Shown: positions 28,409 through 37,381 of the stretch, in pieces
How the letters are laid out: each line of letters begins with the position of its first letter
Numbering within the stretch: the stretch's first letter is position 1
Assembly: GCA_040386535.1 (NCBI GenBank)
Contig: JAZKFH010000032.1
Coordinates: 160,001-224,000 of the forward strand
Direction of reading: 5' to 3'
Length of the DNA: 64,000 nt
Origin: Myxococcota bacterium
GTDB taxonomy: Bacteria > Myxococcota_A > UBA796 > SXON01
Made by a program: the position numbers and the translations under genes
The notes under the pieces: generated by a model
What the model was told of the DNA's origin: nothing
What the model saw: the letters and a program-made list of their open reading frames with translations, nothing else
Databases searched by the model: none

Positions 28409-29721
28409 TGCCGTCCGTCCGCCTCGTCGCCGCGCTCGTCGCGCCGCTGGTCCTCACGGGCTGCTTCGACGCCGCCGCGCAGGACGCGCCGCGCACCAAC
28501 GTCCTGGTCGAGATCGGCAGCCCCGGCGAACGCGCCGTCCCCATCGCCCTCCCCATGCCCACCGGCAGCGGCCCCGCCTCCGAGTTCTGGACCGTCGTCC
28601 GTCGTGACCTGGAGCTGTCCGGCTGGTTCCGCGTGCTCGACGTCAACGCGTCCCTCGAGCCCGCGGGCGCCGGCATCCGCGTCGGCGAGTTCGACTTCGC
28701 CGACTGGCGCCCCACCGGCGCGGCGGTCCTCGCCAAGACCAGCCTCACCGAGGCCGACGGCAAGCTCCGGACGGAGGCTTGGGTGTACGGCGTGGACGGC
28801 GGCGAGAAGCTCGGCGCCAAGGCCTTCTCCGCGCCAACGTCGGGCATGCGCAGCCTCGCGCACCGCGTGGCCGACCACATCATCCTGACCGTCACCGGCC
28901 AACGCAGCTTCTTCGACACCAAGTTCACGTTCTCGGGCAATTTCTCTGGCAACAAAGAGATCTACATGGTCGACGCCGACGGCTACGGGCGTCGCTCGGT
29001 CACCAAGAACGGCAGCATCAACCTGAAGCCCAAGTGGAACGCCACCGGCACGGCGATCGCCTACACATCGTACGCGGCCGGCAACCCCGATCTGTACGTG
29101 GCCGACCTCGGCAAGGGCCAGATCCGGCGCGTGTCGAGCCGCTCCGGGATCAACACGGGCGGCGCGTTCTCGCCGCTCGGTGACATCCTCGCGCTCACGC
29201 TCACCGTCGGCAGCGACGCCGAGATCTACACCATCGATCCGTACGCCGGCCGCGAGATCGCCCGGCTGACCGCGAGCCCCGGCATCGACGTGTCACCCTC
29301 CTGGTCGCCCGACGGCTCCAAGCTCGCCTTCGTCAGCGAGCGCAGCGGCGGCCCCCAGATCTACCAGATGAACGCGGACGGCTCGGGTGCCAAACGCGTC
29401 ACGTTCTCGGGCTCCCAGAACACCGATCCCGCCTGGTCCCCCGCTGGCGATCGCATCGCGTTCGTCGGGCGCGAGGGCGGCCACTTCGACGTGTTCACCG
29501 TGCGTCCCGACGGCTCAGGGATGGACCGCATCACCCAGGGGCAGGGCGACAACGAAGACCCGAGCTGGTCGCCCGACGGCGAGTACGTGGGCTTCTCGTC
29601 CACCCGCGAAGGCGGCGCCCACATCTGGATCGCGTCCAAGGACGGCCGCCACCAGGTCAAGGTCACCTCCGGCGGCGGCGGGTACACCAACCCCTCCTGG
29701 TCGAACCACTTGAGTTGGTAG
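28405..29721 (+). CDS. tolB: TolB beta-propeller protein
   Basis: DLELSGWF, FDFADW, PD40 repeats (SPSWSPDG, DPAWSP, PSWS). Confidence 0.92.
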   Translation: MMPSVRLVAALVAPLVLTGCFDAAAQDAPRTNVLVEIGSPGERAVPIALPMPTGSGPASEFWTVVRRDLELSGWFRVLDVNASLEPAGAGIRVGEFDFADWRPTGAAVLAKTSLTEADGKLRTEAWVYGVDGGEKLGAKAFSAPTSGMRSLAHRVADHIILTVTGQRSFFDTKFTFSGNFSGNKEIYMVDADGYGRRSVTKNGSINLKPKWNATGTAIAYTSYAAGNPDLYVADLGKGQIRRVSSRSGINTGGAFSPLGDILALTLTVGSDAEIYTIDPYAGREIARLTASPGIDVSPSWSPDGSKLAFVSERSGGPQIYQMNADGSGAKRVTFSGSQNTDPAWSPAGDRIAFVGREGGHFDVFTVRPDGSGMDRITQGQGDNEDPSWSPDGEYVGFSSTREGGAHIWIASKDGRHQVKVTSGGGGYTNPSWSNHLSW

Positions 29722-29754
29722 CCCGCTCCCCTTCTCCCGCACCGGAGGGCTCCC

Positions 29755-30648
29755 ATGCCCCGCGCCGCCATCGACATCGGGTCCAACTCCCTGCTCCTGC
29801 TCGTCACGGACGACGCCGGAAACGTGCTCCACGACGAGGCGAACGTGGTCGGCCTGGGGCGTGGCCTCGGCGACGTCGGGGTGTTCCGGACCGACCGCAT
29901 GGAGGCCGCGCTCACCGTCCTCGGCGCCTACGCGGCCAAGGCCCGCGAGCTCGGGGTGGCGCCGGAGAGCGTGCGCACGATCGCCACGTCGGCATCCCGC
30001 CGCGCGCTCAATGCCACGACGTTCTACGCGAACGTGCGCGCAAAGACCGGGTTGCGCGCCGAGGTGGTCACCGGCGAGGAAGAGGCGCGCCTGACCTGGC
30101 TGGGCGGGGTCACCGGCCTCGGCCTCGGGCCCGGCCCGGCGCTGCTGTGTGATCCGGGCGGCGGCTCCACCGAGGTCATCGTCGGCGAGGGGCCGCACAT
30201 CCGCAGCCGGGTGTCGTTGGAGATCGGCACGGTGCGCCTGACCGAGCAGTACCTGGGCACCGGCGTCGTGGCCGCCGCGGCGCTCGCCCGTCTCCGCGCG
30301 CACGTCGACAACGCGGTCGCGACCCTCCAATTCGAGCTGATCCCCAAGGCCGCCGTCGCGGTCGCCGGCACCGCAACCACCCTGGCCGCCGCCGATCTCG
30401 GGCTCACGGCCTACGACCCGACCGTGGTGCACGGCTCGACGCTCACGGCCGCCGCGCTGCGCCGCTGGATCGACCGCCTGCTCGCCGCGTCGCCAGAGGA
30501 GCGCAAGCGCCTCGTGGCCGTCTCCCCGGAGCGCGCGGACACCGTCCTGGCAGGCGCCGTGATCCTGCTCGCCGTACTTGAGCGAACCCGCAGGCAAGCA
30601 TGGCGGGTGTCCGATCGGGGCCTCCGGTTCGGGGCCATCCAGCGCTGA
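29755..30648 (+). CDS. ppx: Ppx/GppA-family exopolyphosphatase (short form)
   Basis: IDIGSNS, ATSASR, GEEEARL, DPGGGSTE, GTATT, RAD, GLRFG. Confidence 0.88.
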   Translation: MPRAAIDIGSNSLLLLVTDDAGNVLHDEANVVGLGRGLGDVGVFRTDRMEAALTVLGAYAAKARELGVAPESVRTIATSASRRALNATTFYANVRAKTGLRAEVVTGEEEARLTWLGGVTGLGLGPGPALLCDPGGGSTEVIVGEGPHIRSRVSLEIGTVRLTEQYLGTGVVAAAALARLRAHVDNAVATLQFELIPKAAVAVAGTATTLAAADLGLTAYDPTVVHGSTLTAAALRRWIDRLLAASPEERKRLVAVSPERADTVLAGAVILLAVLERTRRQAWRVSDRGLRFGAIQR

Positions 30649-30813
30649 CACGACGGGACATCCCGTTGGAAAGGGGGACAAACTCTTTGCAAACCGGCGG
30701 GGGCTGTGGTTGAATGCGAGCCTACGAGACCCCCCCCGCGGGATCTCGGCTCGCCTACCAGCTCCGCCTTCGTGCCCCCATTCGTCCCGGCCCTCGCGCC
30801 GCGGAGGATCCGC

Positions 30814-33423
30814 ATGGTCAAGTTCCTGCTCCCCGCCTCCCTGTTGATCATGCTCGCCGGCTGCGATGGCACGGACAAGCCCGCCACGGACGCGGTGGAC
30901 ACCGACACGGCGATCTCCGCGGTCGATGAGGACGGGGACGGCTTCCTCGTCTCCGAAGGCGACTGTGACGACAGCAACGCCGAGGTCAACCCCTCCTCGA
31001 CCGAGCTGTGCAACGGCATCGACGACAACTGCAACAGCACGATCGACGAGGGCGTCGAGGGCACGCACTACCAGGACTTCGACGGGGACGGCTTCGGCAA
31101 CCCCGACGCCGTCTCGGTCTCGTGTGACGCGCCCTCCGGCTACGTCCAGAACGGCAACGACTGCGACGACAGCGAGAACGACGCGTACCCCGGCGCCACC
31201 GAGGTTTGCGACGAGATCGACAACGACTGTAACGGTGTGATCGACGAGGGCGTGACCTCGACCTGGTACGCCGACGCCGATGGGGACACCTACGGTGACC
31301 TCGACGCGCCCACCAACGCGTGTGACCGTCCGGACGGCGCGGTCCTCGACGCGACCGATTGCGACGACACCACGAGCAACGCCTACCCCGGCAACGCCGA
31401 GGTGTGCGACGAGATCGACAACAACTGTGACGGCACGGTCGACGAGGGCGTGACCACCACGTACTACGCCGACTTCGACTCCGACACGTACGGCAACTCC
31501 TCGCTCACGCAAGAGGCTTGCGCGGTCCCCACCGGCTACACGACCAACGACGACGACTGCAACGACTCCGTCCGCACGGTGAACCCCGCCGCCACGGAGA
31601 CCTGCAACTCGGTCGACGATGACTGTGACGGCACCGTGGACGACGGCGCGACCGACATGAACACCTGGTACGCCGACACCGACGCGGACGCCTACGGCAA
31701 CGCCTCCGTGTCCATGCGCGCCTGCACGGCGCCCGCCGGCTACGTCGCCGTGTCGACCGACTGTGACGACGCGCGCGCGCTCACCAACCCCGGCGCCACC
31801 GAGTACTGCAACACCTACGACGACGACTGTGACGGCTCGGTCGACGAGGACGGCGCTGCCGACGCGCCCACCTGGTACCTCGACGCCGACGGCGACGAGT
31901 ACGGGAACCCCGCGCGCTACGACGTGCAGTGCAGCCAGCCCGCCGGCTACGTCGCCGACGGCACCGACTGCCTCGACTCCTCCGCCATCAGCTACCCCGG
32001 CGCGGACGAGATCTGCGACAGCGTCGACAACGACTGCGACGGCACGGTCGACGACGATCCGATCGACGGGGACACCTGGTACCGGGACGCCGACGCCGAC
32101 AGCTTCGGCAACCCCTCCGTGACCGACAGCGCGTGCACGATGCCCTCCGGCTACACCGACAACGCGTGGGACTGTGACGACTCCGATCGCACCGAGCCCG
32201 TCGTGGCCGATCCGGTCAGCGGCTCCGCCACCGGCACCGGCACCGTCACCAGCCCGTTCGACAGCCTCCAGGACGCCATCGATGCCGCGAGCCTCTGTGT
32301 CGCGGCCTTCAGCGGCACCTACCGCGAGTCCATCGACCTCGACGGCAAGAGCATCGATGTGTGGGGCGTCGAGGGCTACGACGTGACCACGATCGATCCC
32401 AACCTGTCCACCTGCACGTCGACCAACCCGACCGCGTGCGGCGCGGCCGTCACGGTCGACTCCGGAACCAACGCCTCGCCGACCGTGCACGGGTTCACCA
32501 TCACCGGCGGCACCGGCGCGTACACGTCGTCCACCTCCAGCACGACCTGCGCGGACTCCTCGGCCTCGCACAGCGGCCGCACCCTCTGCACGGTGACCAC
32601 GTACGAGTACTGCGGCGGCGGCATCTTCGTGAACGGGGACGACCCCGTGTTCTACGATGTCGACGTGCGCGACAACACCCTGCCCGAGTTCCAGCAGGTC
32701 TCGTCGGGTGAGTACGCCCAGGTCTGGATGTACAGCTACGGCGGCGGCGTCTGCCTCCAGAACTCGAACGCCAACTTCGAGGACTCCTGGATCGCCGGCA
32801 ACTTCGCCGACCAGGGCGGCGGCATCTTCGCGGAGAACGGCTCGAGCTTCACCTTCGAGCACGGCTACGTCGGCGAGAACGACGCCGCGGACGGCGGCGG
32901 CGTCAACCTCTCGGGCGCCTCGGCCACCTTCACGAACGCCGCCATCTACTGCAACAGCGCCGACACCGACGGTGGCGGTCTGTTCACCGAGTCCTCGGGC
33001 ACCTCGTCGTTCACGAACACCGTGTTCTACGGGAACACGTCGTCCACGTCGGGCTCGGCGCGCGGCTCCCAGGCCTACATCGGCACGTCGACCACGTTCA
33101 ACCTGATGAACTCCATCGCCGAGGCCAGCACCACCGTGGCGCTCGTCTACGGTGCCGGCGGCAGCGGGTCCCAGACCTACAACAACGTGTACAACAGCAC
33201 CGGCGTCAACTACGGCGGCACGATCTCCGCCGGCTCCGGCGCGATCTCCTCCGGGAGCAACTTCACGTCCGGCGCGTGCGAGAACAACCCGTACAACGAC
33301 ACGTTCACGCTGCGCACCACGTCCTCCTCGGTCAACGCGGGCAACCCCTCGGCCGCCTACAACGACCCCGACGGCACCCGCAACAACCAGGGCGCGCGCG
33401 GCGGCCCCGGCGGCACCTGGTAG
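30814..33423 (+). CDS. Lipoprotein with MopE-type putative metal-binding repeats and a C-terminal right-handed beta-helix
   Basis: Lipobox LAGC; six full plus one partial ~60-aa DxDGDxYG...DCDD...PG..E.C...DNDCDG..DE repeats; GGGI/GGGV beta-helix repeats. Confidence 0.85.
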   Translation: MVKFLLPASLLIMLAGCDGTDKPATDAVDTDTAISAVDEDGDGFLVSEGDCDDSNAEVNPSSTELCNGIDDNCNSTIDEGVEGTHYQDFDGDGFGNPDAVSVSCDAPSGYVQNGNDCDDSENDAYPGATEVCDEIDNDCNGVIDEGVTSTWYADADGDTYGDLDAPTNACDRPDGAVLDATDCDDTTSNAYPGNAEVCDEIDNNCDGTVDEGVTTTYYADFDSDTYGNSSLTQEACAVPTGYTTNDDDCNDSVRTVNPAATETCNSVDDDCDGTVDDGATDMNTWYADTDADAYGNASVSMRACTAPAGYVAVSTDCDDARALTNPGATEYCNTYDDDCDGSVDEDGAADAPTWYLDADGDEYGNPARYDVQCSQPAGYVADGTDCLDSSAISYPGADEICDSVDNDCDGTVDDDPIDGDTWYRDADADSFGNPSVTDSACTMPSGYTDNAWDCDDSDRTEPVVADPVSGSATGTGTVTSPFDSLQDAIDAASLCVAAFSGTYRESIDLDGKSIDVWGVEGYDVTTIDPNLSTCTSTNPTACGAAVTVDSGTNASPTVHGFTITGGTGAYTSSTSSTTCADSSASHSGRTLCTVTTYEYCGGGIFVNGDDPVFYDVDVRDNTLPEFQQVSSGEYAQVWMYSYGGGVCLQNSNANFEDSWIAGNFADQGGGIFAENGSSFTFEHGYVGENDAADGGGVNLSGASATFTNAAIYCNSADTDGGGLFTESSGTSSFTNTVFYGNTSSTSGSARGSQAYIGTSTTFNLMNSIAEASTTVALVYGAGGSGSQTYNNVYNSTGVNYGGTISAGSGAISSGSNFTSGACENNPYNDTFTLRTTSSSVNAGNPSAAYNDPDGTRNNQGARGGPGGTW

Positions 33424-33427
33424 GCGC

Positions 33428-34372
33428 CTACGGAAACAAGCCGAGCTGCGCCGTCGGCCGCGCCCAGGGCGACACCCAGGCGCCTCGCTCCAACAGCGCC
33501 TGCTCGACCTCGACCGTCTCCGCCGCGCCCTTTAGCAGGACGAGGTGGCCGTGGCCCACGTCGCCGAGCGCGTCGGGGTGGGTGACCACGTGCATCGGGC
33601 GCGCGACCCCATCCACGAGGCGCCACGTCGGCACCGGCCCGCCGAGGTCCCAGATGGCCGAGCCCTTGGTCTCGGCGCGCTCCGTGAACGCGGTGCGCTC
33701 GGTCGATCCGGGGTGCACCACCACCGCGTCGCCGACGGGGAGCACCTGCCGCGGGTGGATGTGGCCGCACAACACGTGGCGGACGCCCGGCGGGAGGTGG
33801 GCCGCGCCGACGGTGTCGGGGGCGGCCCCGACGCGGAAGGTGAACCCGGGCACCCGCACCCCGTCGAAGGCCTGGTGCGCGAGCAGCAGATCCACGCCAC
33901 CGTCACACGCGTCCGCCGCGGCCGCGGCCCACGCTTGCGCGGTCGGGAGGTAGGGCACCAACGCGAGCCGGAGCCCCGCGATCCGCACGGTCGCGGCCAC
34001 GTCGACGATCTCGACGCCGGGCAGCTCCCCGAGGTGAACCCGCACGCCGCGGCGGTCGTGGTTGCCGGGCATGATGACCGTCGGGACGATGCGGCCCAGC
34101 TCGGAGAAGATGTCCACGGCCGCCGCCACGGCACGGGCGGGCGGGCGGGACCGATCGAACAGGTCGCCGGTGTGGACCACGAGGTCGACCTTGCCCTGGT
34201 AGGCCGGCGCCAGCGCAGCCTTCAGCGCGGTGATGTGGTCGTCGCCGCGCCGCCATCCCGGGGGCGCGCCGCGGAACCAGCGGTCGACGCCCAGGTGTGT
34301 GTCGGTGACGTGGAGGATTCGCATGCGCCCGGAAGTCGTATCCGATGGCGGCGGGCGCGGATCCGTCGTCAT
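33428..34372 (-). CDS. SbcD/Mre11-like metallophosphoesterase
   Basis: DTHLG, GDLFD, GNHD, AH, GHIH, PGSTER. Alternative start at 34324; no sbcC adjacent. Confidence 0.85.
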   Translation of the reverse strand: MTTDPRPPPSDTTSGRMRILHVTDTHLGVDRWFRGAPPGWRRGDDHITALKAALAPAYQGKVDLVVHTGDLFDRSRPPARAVAAAVDIFSELGRIVPTVIMPGNHDRRGVRVHLGELPGVEIVDVAATVRIAGLRLALVPYLPTAQAWAAAAADACDGGVDLLLAHQAFDGVRVPGFTFRVGAAPDTVGAAHLPPGVRHVLCGHIHPRQVLPVGDAVVVHPGSTERTAFTERAETKGSAIWDLGGPVPTWRLVDGVARPMHVVTHPDALGDVGHGHLVLLKGAAETVEVEQALLERGAWVSPWARPTAQLGLFP

Positions 34373-34381
34373 CCGCCCCGA

Positions 34382-35551
34382 CTACCGGCGCAGCTCCTGC
34401 GCCCGCAGGGCCGCGAGCCGGTCGCCGCCCTCGAGCGTGCTCTTCACCCCGAGGACCCGCACGAGGTCCTCCAACGTCAGCACGCCTTCGAGCCGACCGT
34501 CGCTCGCCACCAGCAGCGTGGTCGCGTCGGTCTCGTGCATGCGCCGGAGCGCCTCCGCGCCGTTCGCGTCCGGATCGATGACCGCGCTCGACGAGGGCGC
34601 GCGCGCCACGCTCTCCACGGTGCGGCCCGCCCACTCCTCCTGCGGGATCGCGCGAACGTCTGCCACGTCGACGTAGCCGACGAGCTCGTCGCCCTGCGCC
34701 ACGGGGAAGCGCATGCGGCCCCGCGCAAAGGCGTAGTCCTGCACGAAGCGCTCGAGCGAGAGGGTCGGCGCCACGATGAGCGGGACGCGGTCCATGACGC
34801 GGTGGACTGCCACCCCTTCGAGCACGCGCTGGATGTCGAGCTGCTGCATCGAGCTGATCGCGGCGCGCCGCAGGAAGGAGCCGATGAGGATCCACCACAA
34901 CGCGCCGAGCAGGTTGCCGCCGAGGCCCACGAGGACGCCCGCGGCCATCAGGAACAGGCCGATGGCCTGCCCCACCCAGGACGCCGTGCGCGTGGCCGCG
35001 TAGAGGTCACCCCGGATGCGCCAGAGGATCGCGCGCAACACCCGCCCCCCGTCGAGCGGAAAGCCAGGGAGCAGGTTGAAGATCGCCAGGACCAGGTTCA
35101 TCCAGCCGAGGTACACGAACAGCGCGGCGAGGGCCATCGGCAGGCCCGCGAGGTCAGCGGCGAGCCCGAGCCCCAGCGACGCGAAGGCGAGCACGAAGCT
35201 GCACAACGGCCCCGCGATCGCGACACGGAGCTCCACATCGGCGCTCGGCGGCTCGGCGACGGTTTCGGCCACCCCGCCGAAGATCCACAACGTGATGAAG
35301 CGGGTCTCGAGCCCGTACCGCCGCGCCACGGCCGCGTGGGCGACCTCGTGGAGGAGGATCGAGCCGAAGAGCCCCATCGCCCCGACGAACCCCATGATCC
35401 AATACATGGCGCTGGAGAGGCCGGGCACGATCGCGGGGAACGCCCCGAGGGCGAGGCTCCAGGTGACGAACACGGCGATGATGAGCCAGCCTGCGTCGGC
35501 TCGTACGTTGAATCCGAACAGGCGGAACAGCGGGAAACGTCGTCCAAACAT
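34382..35551 (-). CDS. Site-2 protease (M50) with tandem CBS domains
   Basis: HEVAH zinc motif, AIAGP, FNLLPGFPLDGGR, C-terminal CBS pair. Confidence 0.92.
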   Translation of the reverse strand: MFGRRFPLFRLFGFNVRADAGWLIIAVFVTWSLALGAFPAIVPGLSSAMYWIMGFVGAMGLFGSILLHEVAHAAVARRYGLETRFITLWIFGGVAETVAEPPSADVELRVAIAGPLCSFVLAFASLGLGLAADLAGLPMALAALFVYLGWMNLVLAIFNLLPGFPLDGGRVLRAILWRIRGDLYAATRTASWVGQAIGLFLMAAGVLVGLGGNLLGALWWILIGSFLRRAAISSMQQLDIQRVLEGVAVHRVMDRVPLIVAPTLSLERFVQDYAFARGRMRFPVAQGDELVGYVDVADVRAIPQEEWAGRTVESVARAPSSSAVIDPDANGAEALRRMHETDATTLLVASDGRLEGVLTLEDLVRVLGVKSTLEGGDRLAALRAQELRR

Positions 35552-35572
35552 CGGACCTCGCTCCCCTCGAAC

Positions 35573-37381
35573 CTAGCGACCGTCCCGCCCTTCGCCATCG
35601 GACGTGCACGGCACGGCGGCGCCGTCGAGCGTCCAGATCGCCAGGGTGTCGTCCTCGACCGCGGGCGCGCCGAGAAGCGCGAGCAGCTGCCGCCGCGGGC
35701 GTGACCACTCGGACACCCAGGTCACGGCTCCGTCGGGAGTGGTGCGCGGGCGGCGAAACGCGTCGATCCGCGCCAGGACGTAGCGATAGCCATGGGCGGC
35801 GAGCGCGGCGCGGGCCTCCGGCGTGGTCGGGGCCATCTCCCGCGTGTACTGGCGGTCGCCGATGGCCTCCAGCTCCCGGAGCAGCGGATCCTCGGTCCGA
35901 AGACGGGTGAAGGCGGCCGGCGCGAACGCGGTCTTCTTCAGCAACATCCCGCCGAGGAGCGGCTTGTGGTGGATGGTCTGGAACCAGAGGTTCTTCTGGT
36001 CCACCAGCAGCGGCAGGTCGATCACCGCGCCGGGGGGCGCCGCCGCGAGGCAGGCGAGCGTGGCCGGCACGGTGGCGTCCCAGCTCGCCACGGGGAGGAG
36101 CGCGTCCTCGCGGAGGAGCCCGAGGACGACGAGGCCAAAACCCGCGCCCGTCGGGATCCGAACGGCGCGCGGCACGGCCGCGAGGAGCACCGGGAGCAGC
36201 CCCGCCACGAGCAGATGGAGCAGGAACACCGCGCGACCGGGCCACCACCAGCGCCGCAGCACGTCGACCTCCGCGACGAGCGCGATCCACGGGCGGTTGG
36301 GGACGAGAACGTCGCCGAGCACGATCGCGGGCCCGCTCGCGACGAGCACGGCCAGCAGCCCCGCGCCCACGACCCACCCCCAGCGGCGCACGCCCCCACC
36401 CGCGAGCAGCACCCCGGCGCCGAGGACGCCGATGAGCAGGTGGACGCCGAACAGCGCCGGCAGCCCGGGGTTGAAGCGCAACCCCTCGTTCCCCTCGTCG
36501 AGCAGCGAGCCGGCCGCGCCGAGCAGCGGCGCCACGACGTAGAGCCCCTGGGTGTCACCCTCGACGGTGCGCAGCGCGAGCGGTGCGAGAGGGCCGTGTC
36601 CGTCGAGGGCGAGCAGGCCCGGCACGTCCCCCACGCCGAGCGCGGCGATCATCGGGGCGGCGAAGGGCAGCGTGACGAGGAGGGCGACCGCCGCCGCCAT
36701 CCCGTGGAGGCCGAGGGTCCGCCGCCGATCGGGGCCCGCGCCGAGCGCCCACCCGCCCTCGAGGAGCGCGACCACGGCGAGGAGGAGGCCGTAGTACCAG
36801 TACGCGAGCGCGGTCGCGCCGAGCGCCAGGCCGGTCAGCGCCGCGTGGGGGGCCCGCCGCATCGTGATCAAGCCGGAGAGAGCGAGCCCCGCGGGCGCGA
36901 GCCACGCCTGGGTGACGCGGCCGAGATCGATCTCGGCGAGCACGTAGGGGTTCACGACGAGCGCGAGCCCCGCCATCCATCCCCACCCCCGTGGCGCGCC
37001 GAGCGCGGACGCGAGCCGCGTGCCCGCCCACGCGTTCGTGAGGAGCACGACGATCACCCACGCGTCGAAGCCCGCGACCGGCCCGAGGAGCAGGCGCAGC
37101 GGGGTCGCGAGCCAGGCGTCCACGAGATTGCCGCCGGTGTGCGCGTACAGGTCCTTGCCCCACGGGTGGAACAACAGATCCGTGGCGGCCGCGGGCTGCC
37201 GGCCCGCCACCACCTCGCCCGCGAACCAGAAGAACCACTGCGTGCCGAACCCGTCGACGCTCGGCGAGCCGACCACGCGGGTCGTGGGGTGCAGGAGCAC
37301 GGGCCCCAGCACGACCACGACCGCCAGCCCGATCATCAGCGCCCCGACCCACCCCGAACGGCGGGCGGGCACCTCGTTCAC
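35573..37381 (-). CDS. Polytopic membrane protein, possible GT-C-type glycosyltransferase
   Basis: GTG at 37381 overlaps the Omp85 stop; acidic loop after TM1 (VDGFGTQW), LFHPWG, many TMs, C-terminal AVIDLP...QTIHHKPLLGG domain. Confidence 0.6.
   Translation of the reverse strand: MNEVPARRSGWVGALMIGLAVVVVLGPVLLHPTTRVVGSPSVDGFGTQWFFWFAGEVVAGRQPAAATDLLFHPWGKDLYAHTGGNLVDAWLATPLRLLLGPVAGFDAWVIVVLLTNAWAGTRLASALGAPRGWGWMAGLALVVNPYVLAEIDLGRVTQAWLAPAGLALSGLITMRRAPHAALTGLALGATALAYWYYGLLLAVVALLEGGWALGAGPDRRRTLGLHGMAAAVALLVTLPFAAPMIAALGVGDVPGLLALDGHGPLAPLALRTVEGDTQGLYVVAPLLGAAGSLLDEGNEGLRFNPGLPALFGVHLLIGVLGAGVLLAGGGVRRWGWVVGAGLLAVLVASGPAIVLGDVLVPNRPWIALVAEVDVLRRWWWPGRAVFLLHLLVAGLLPVLLAAVPRAVRIPTGAGFGLVVLGLLREDALLPVASWDATVPATLACLAAAPPGAVIDLPLLVDQKNLWFQTIHHKPLLGGMLLKKTAFAPAAFTRLRTEDPLLRELEAIGDRQYTREMAPTTPEARAALAAHGYRYVLARIDAFRRPRTTPDGAVTWVSEWSRPRRQLLALLGAPAVEDDTLAIWTLDGAAVPCTSDGEGRDGR

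Noticed and set aside
30650..30813. c-di-GMP-I riboswitch suggested by GCAAAC
   Set aside because: The GNRA-capped P2 and downstream GCAAAG/P3 elements could not be found; kept only as a generic hairpin.
30900..32200. DNA-level repeats as a mobile or diversity-generating element
   Set aside because: They are diverged in-frame protein repeats; no reverse transcriptase or template/variable repeat pair is present.
33428..34372. Anti-phage defence nuclease
   Set aside because: Lone SbcD-like phosphoesterase with no ATPase or other defence genes nearby and no evident compositional shift.
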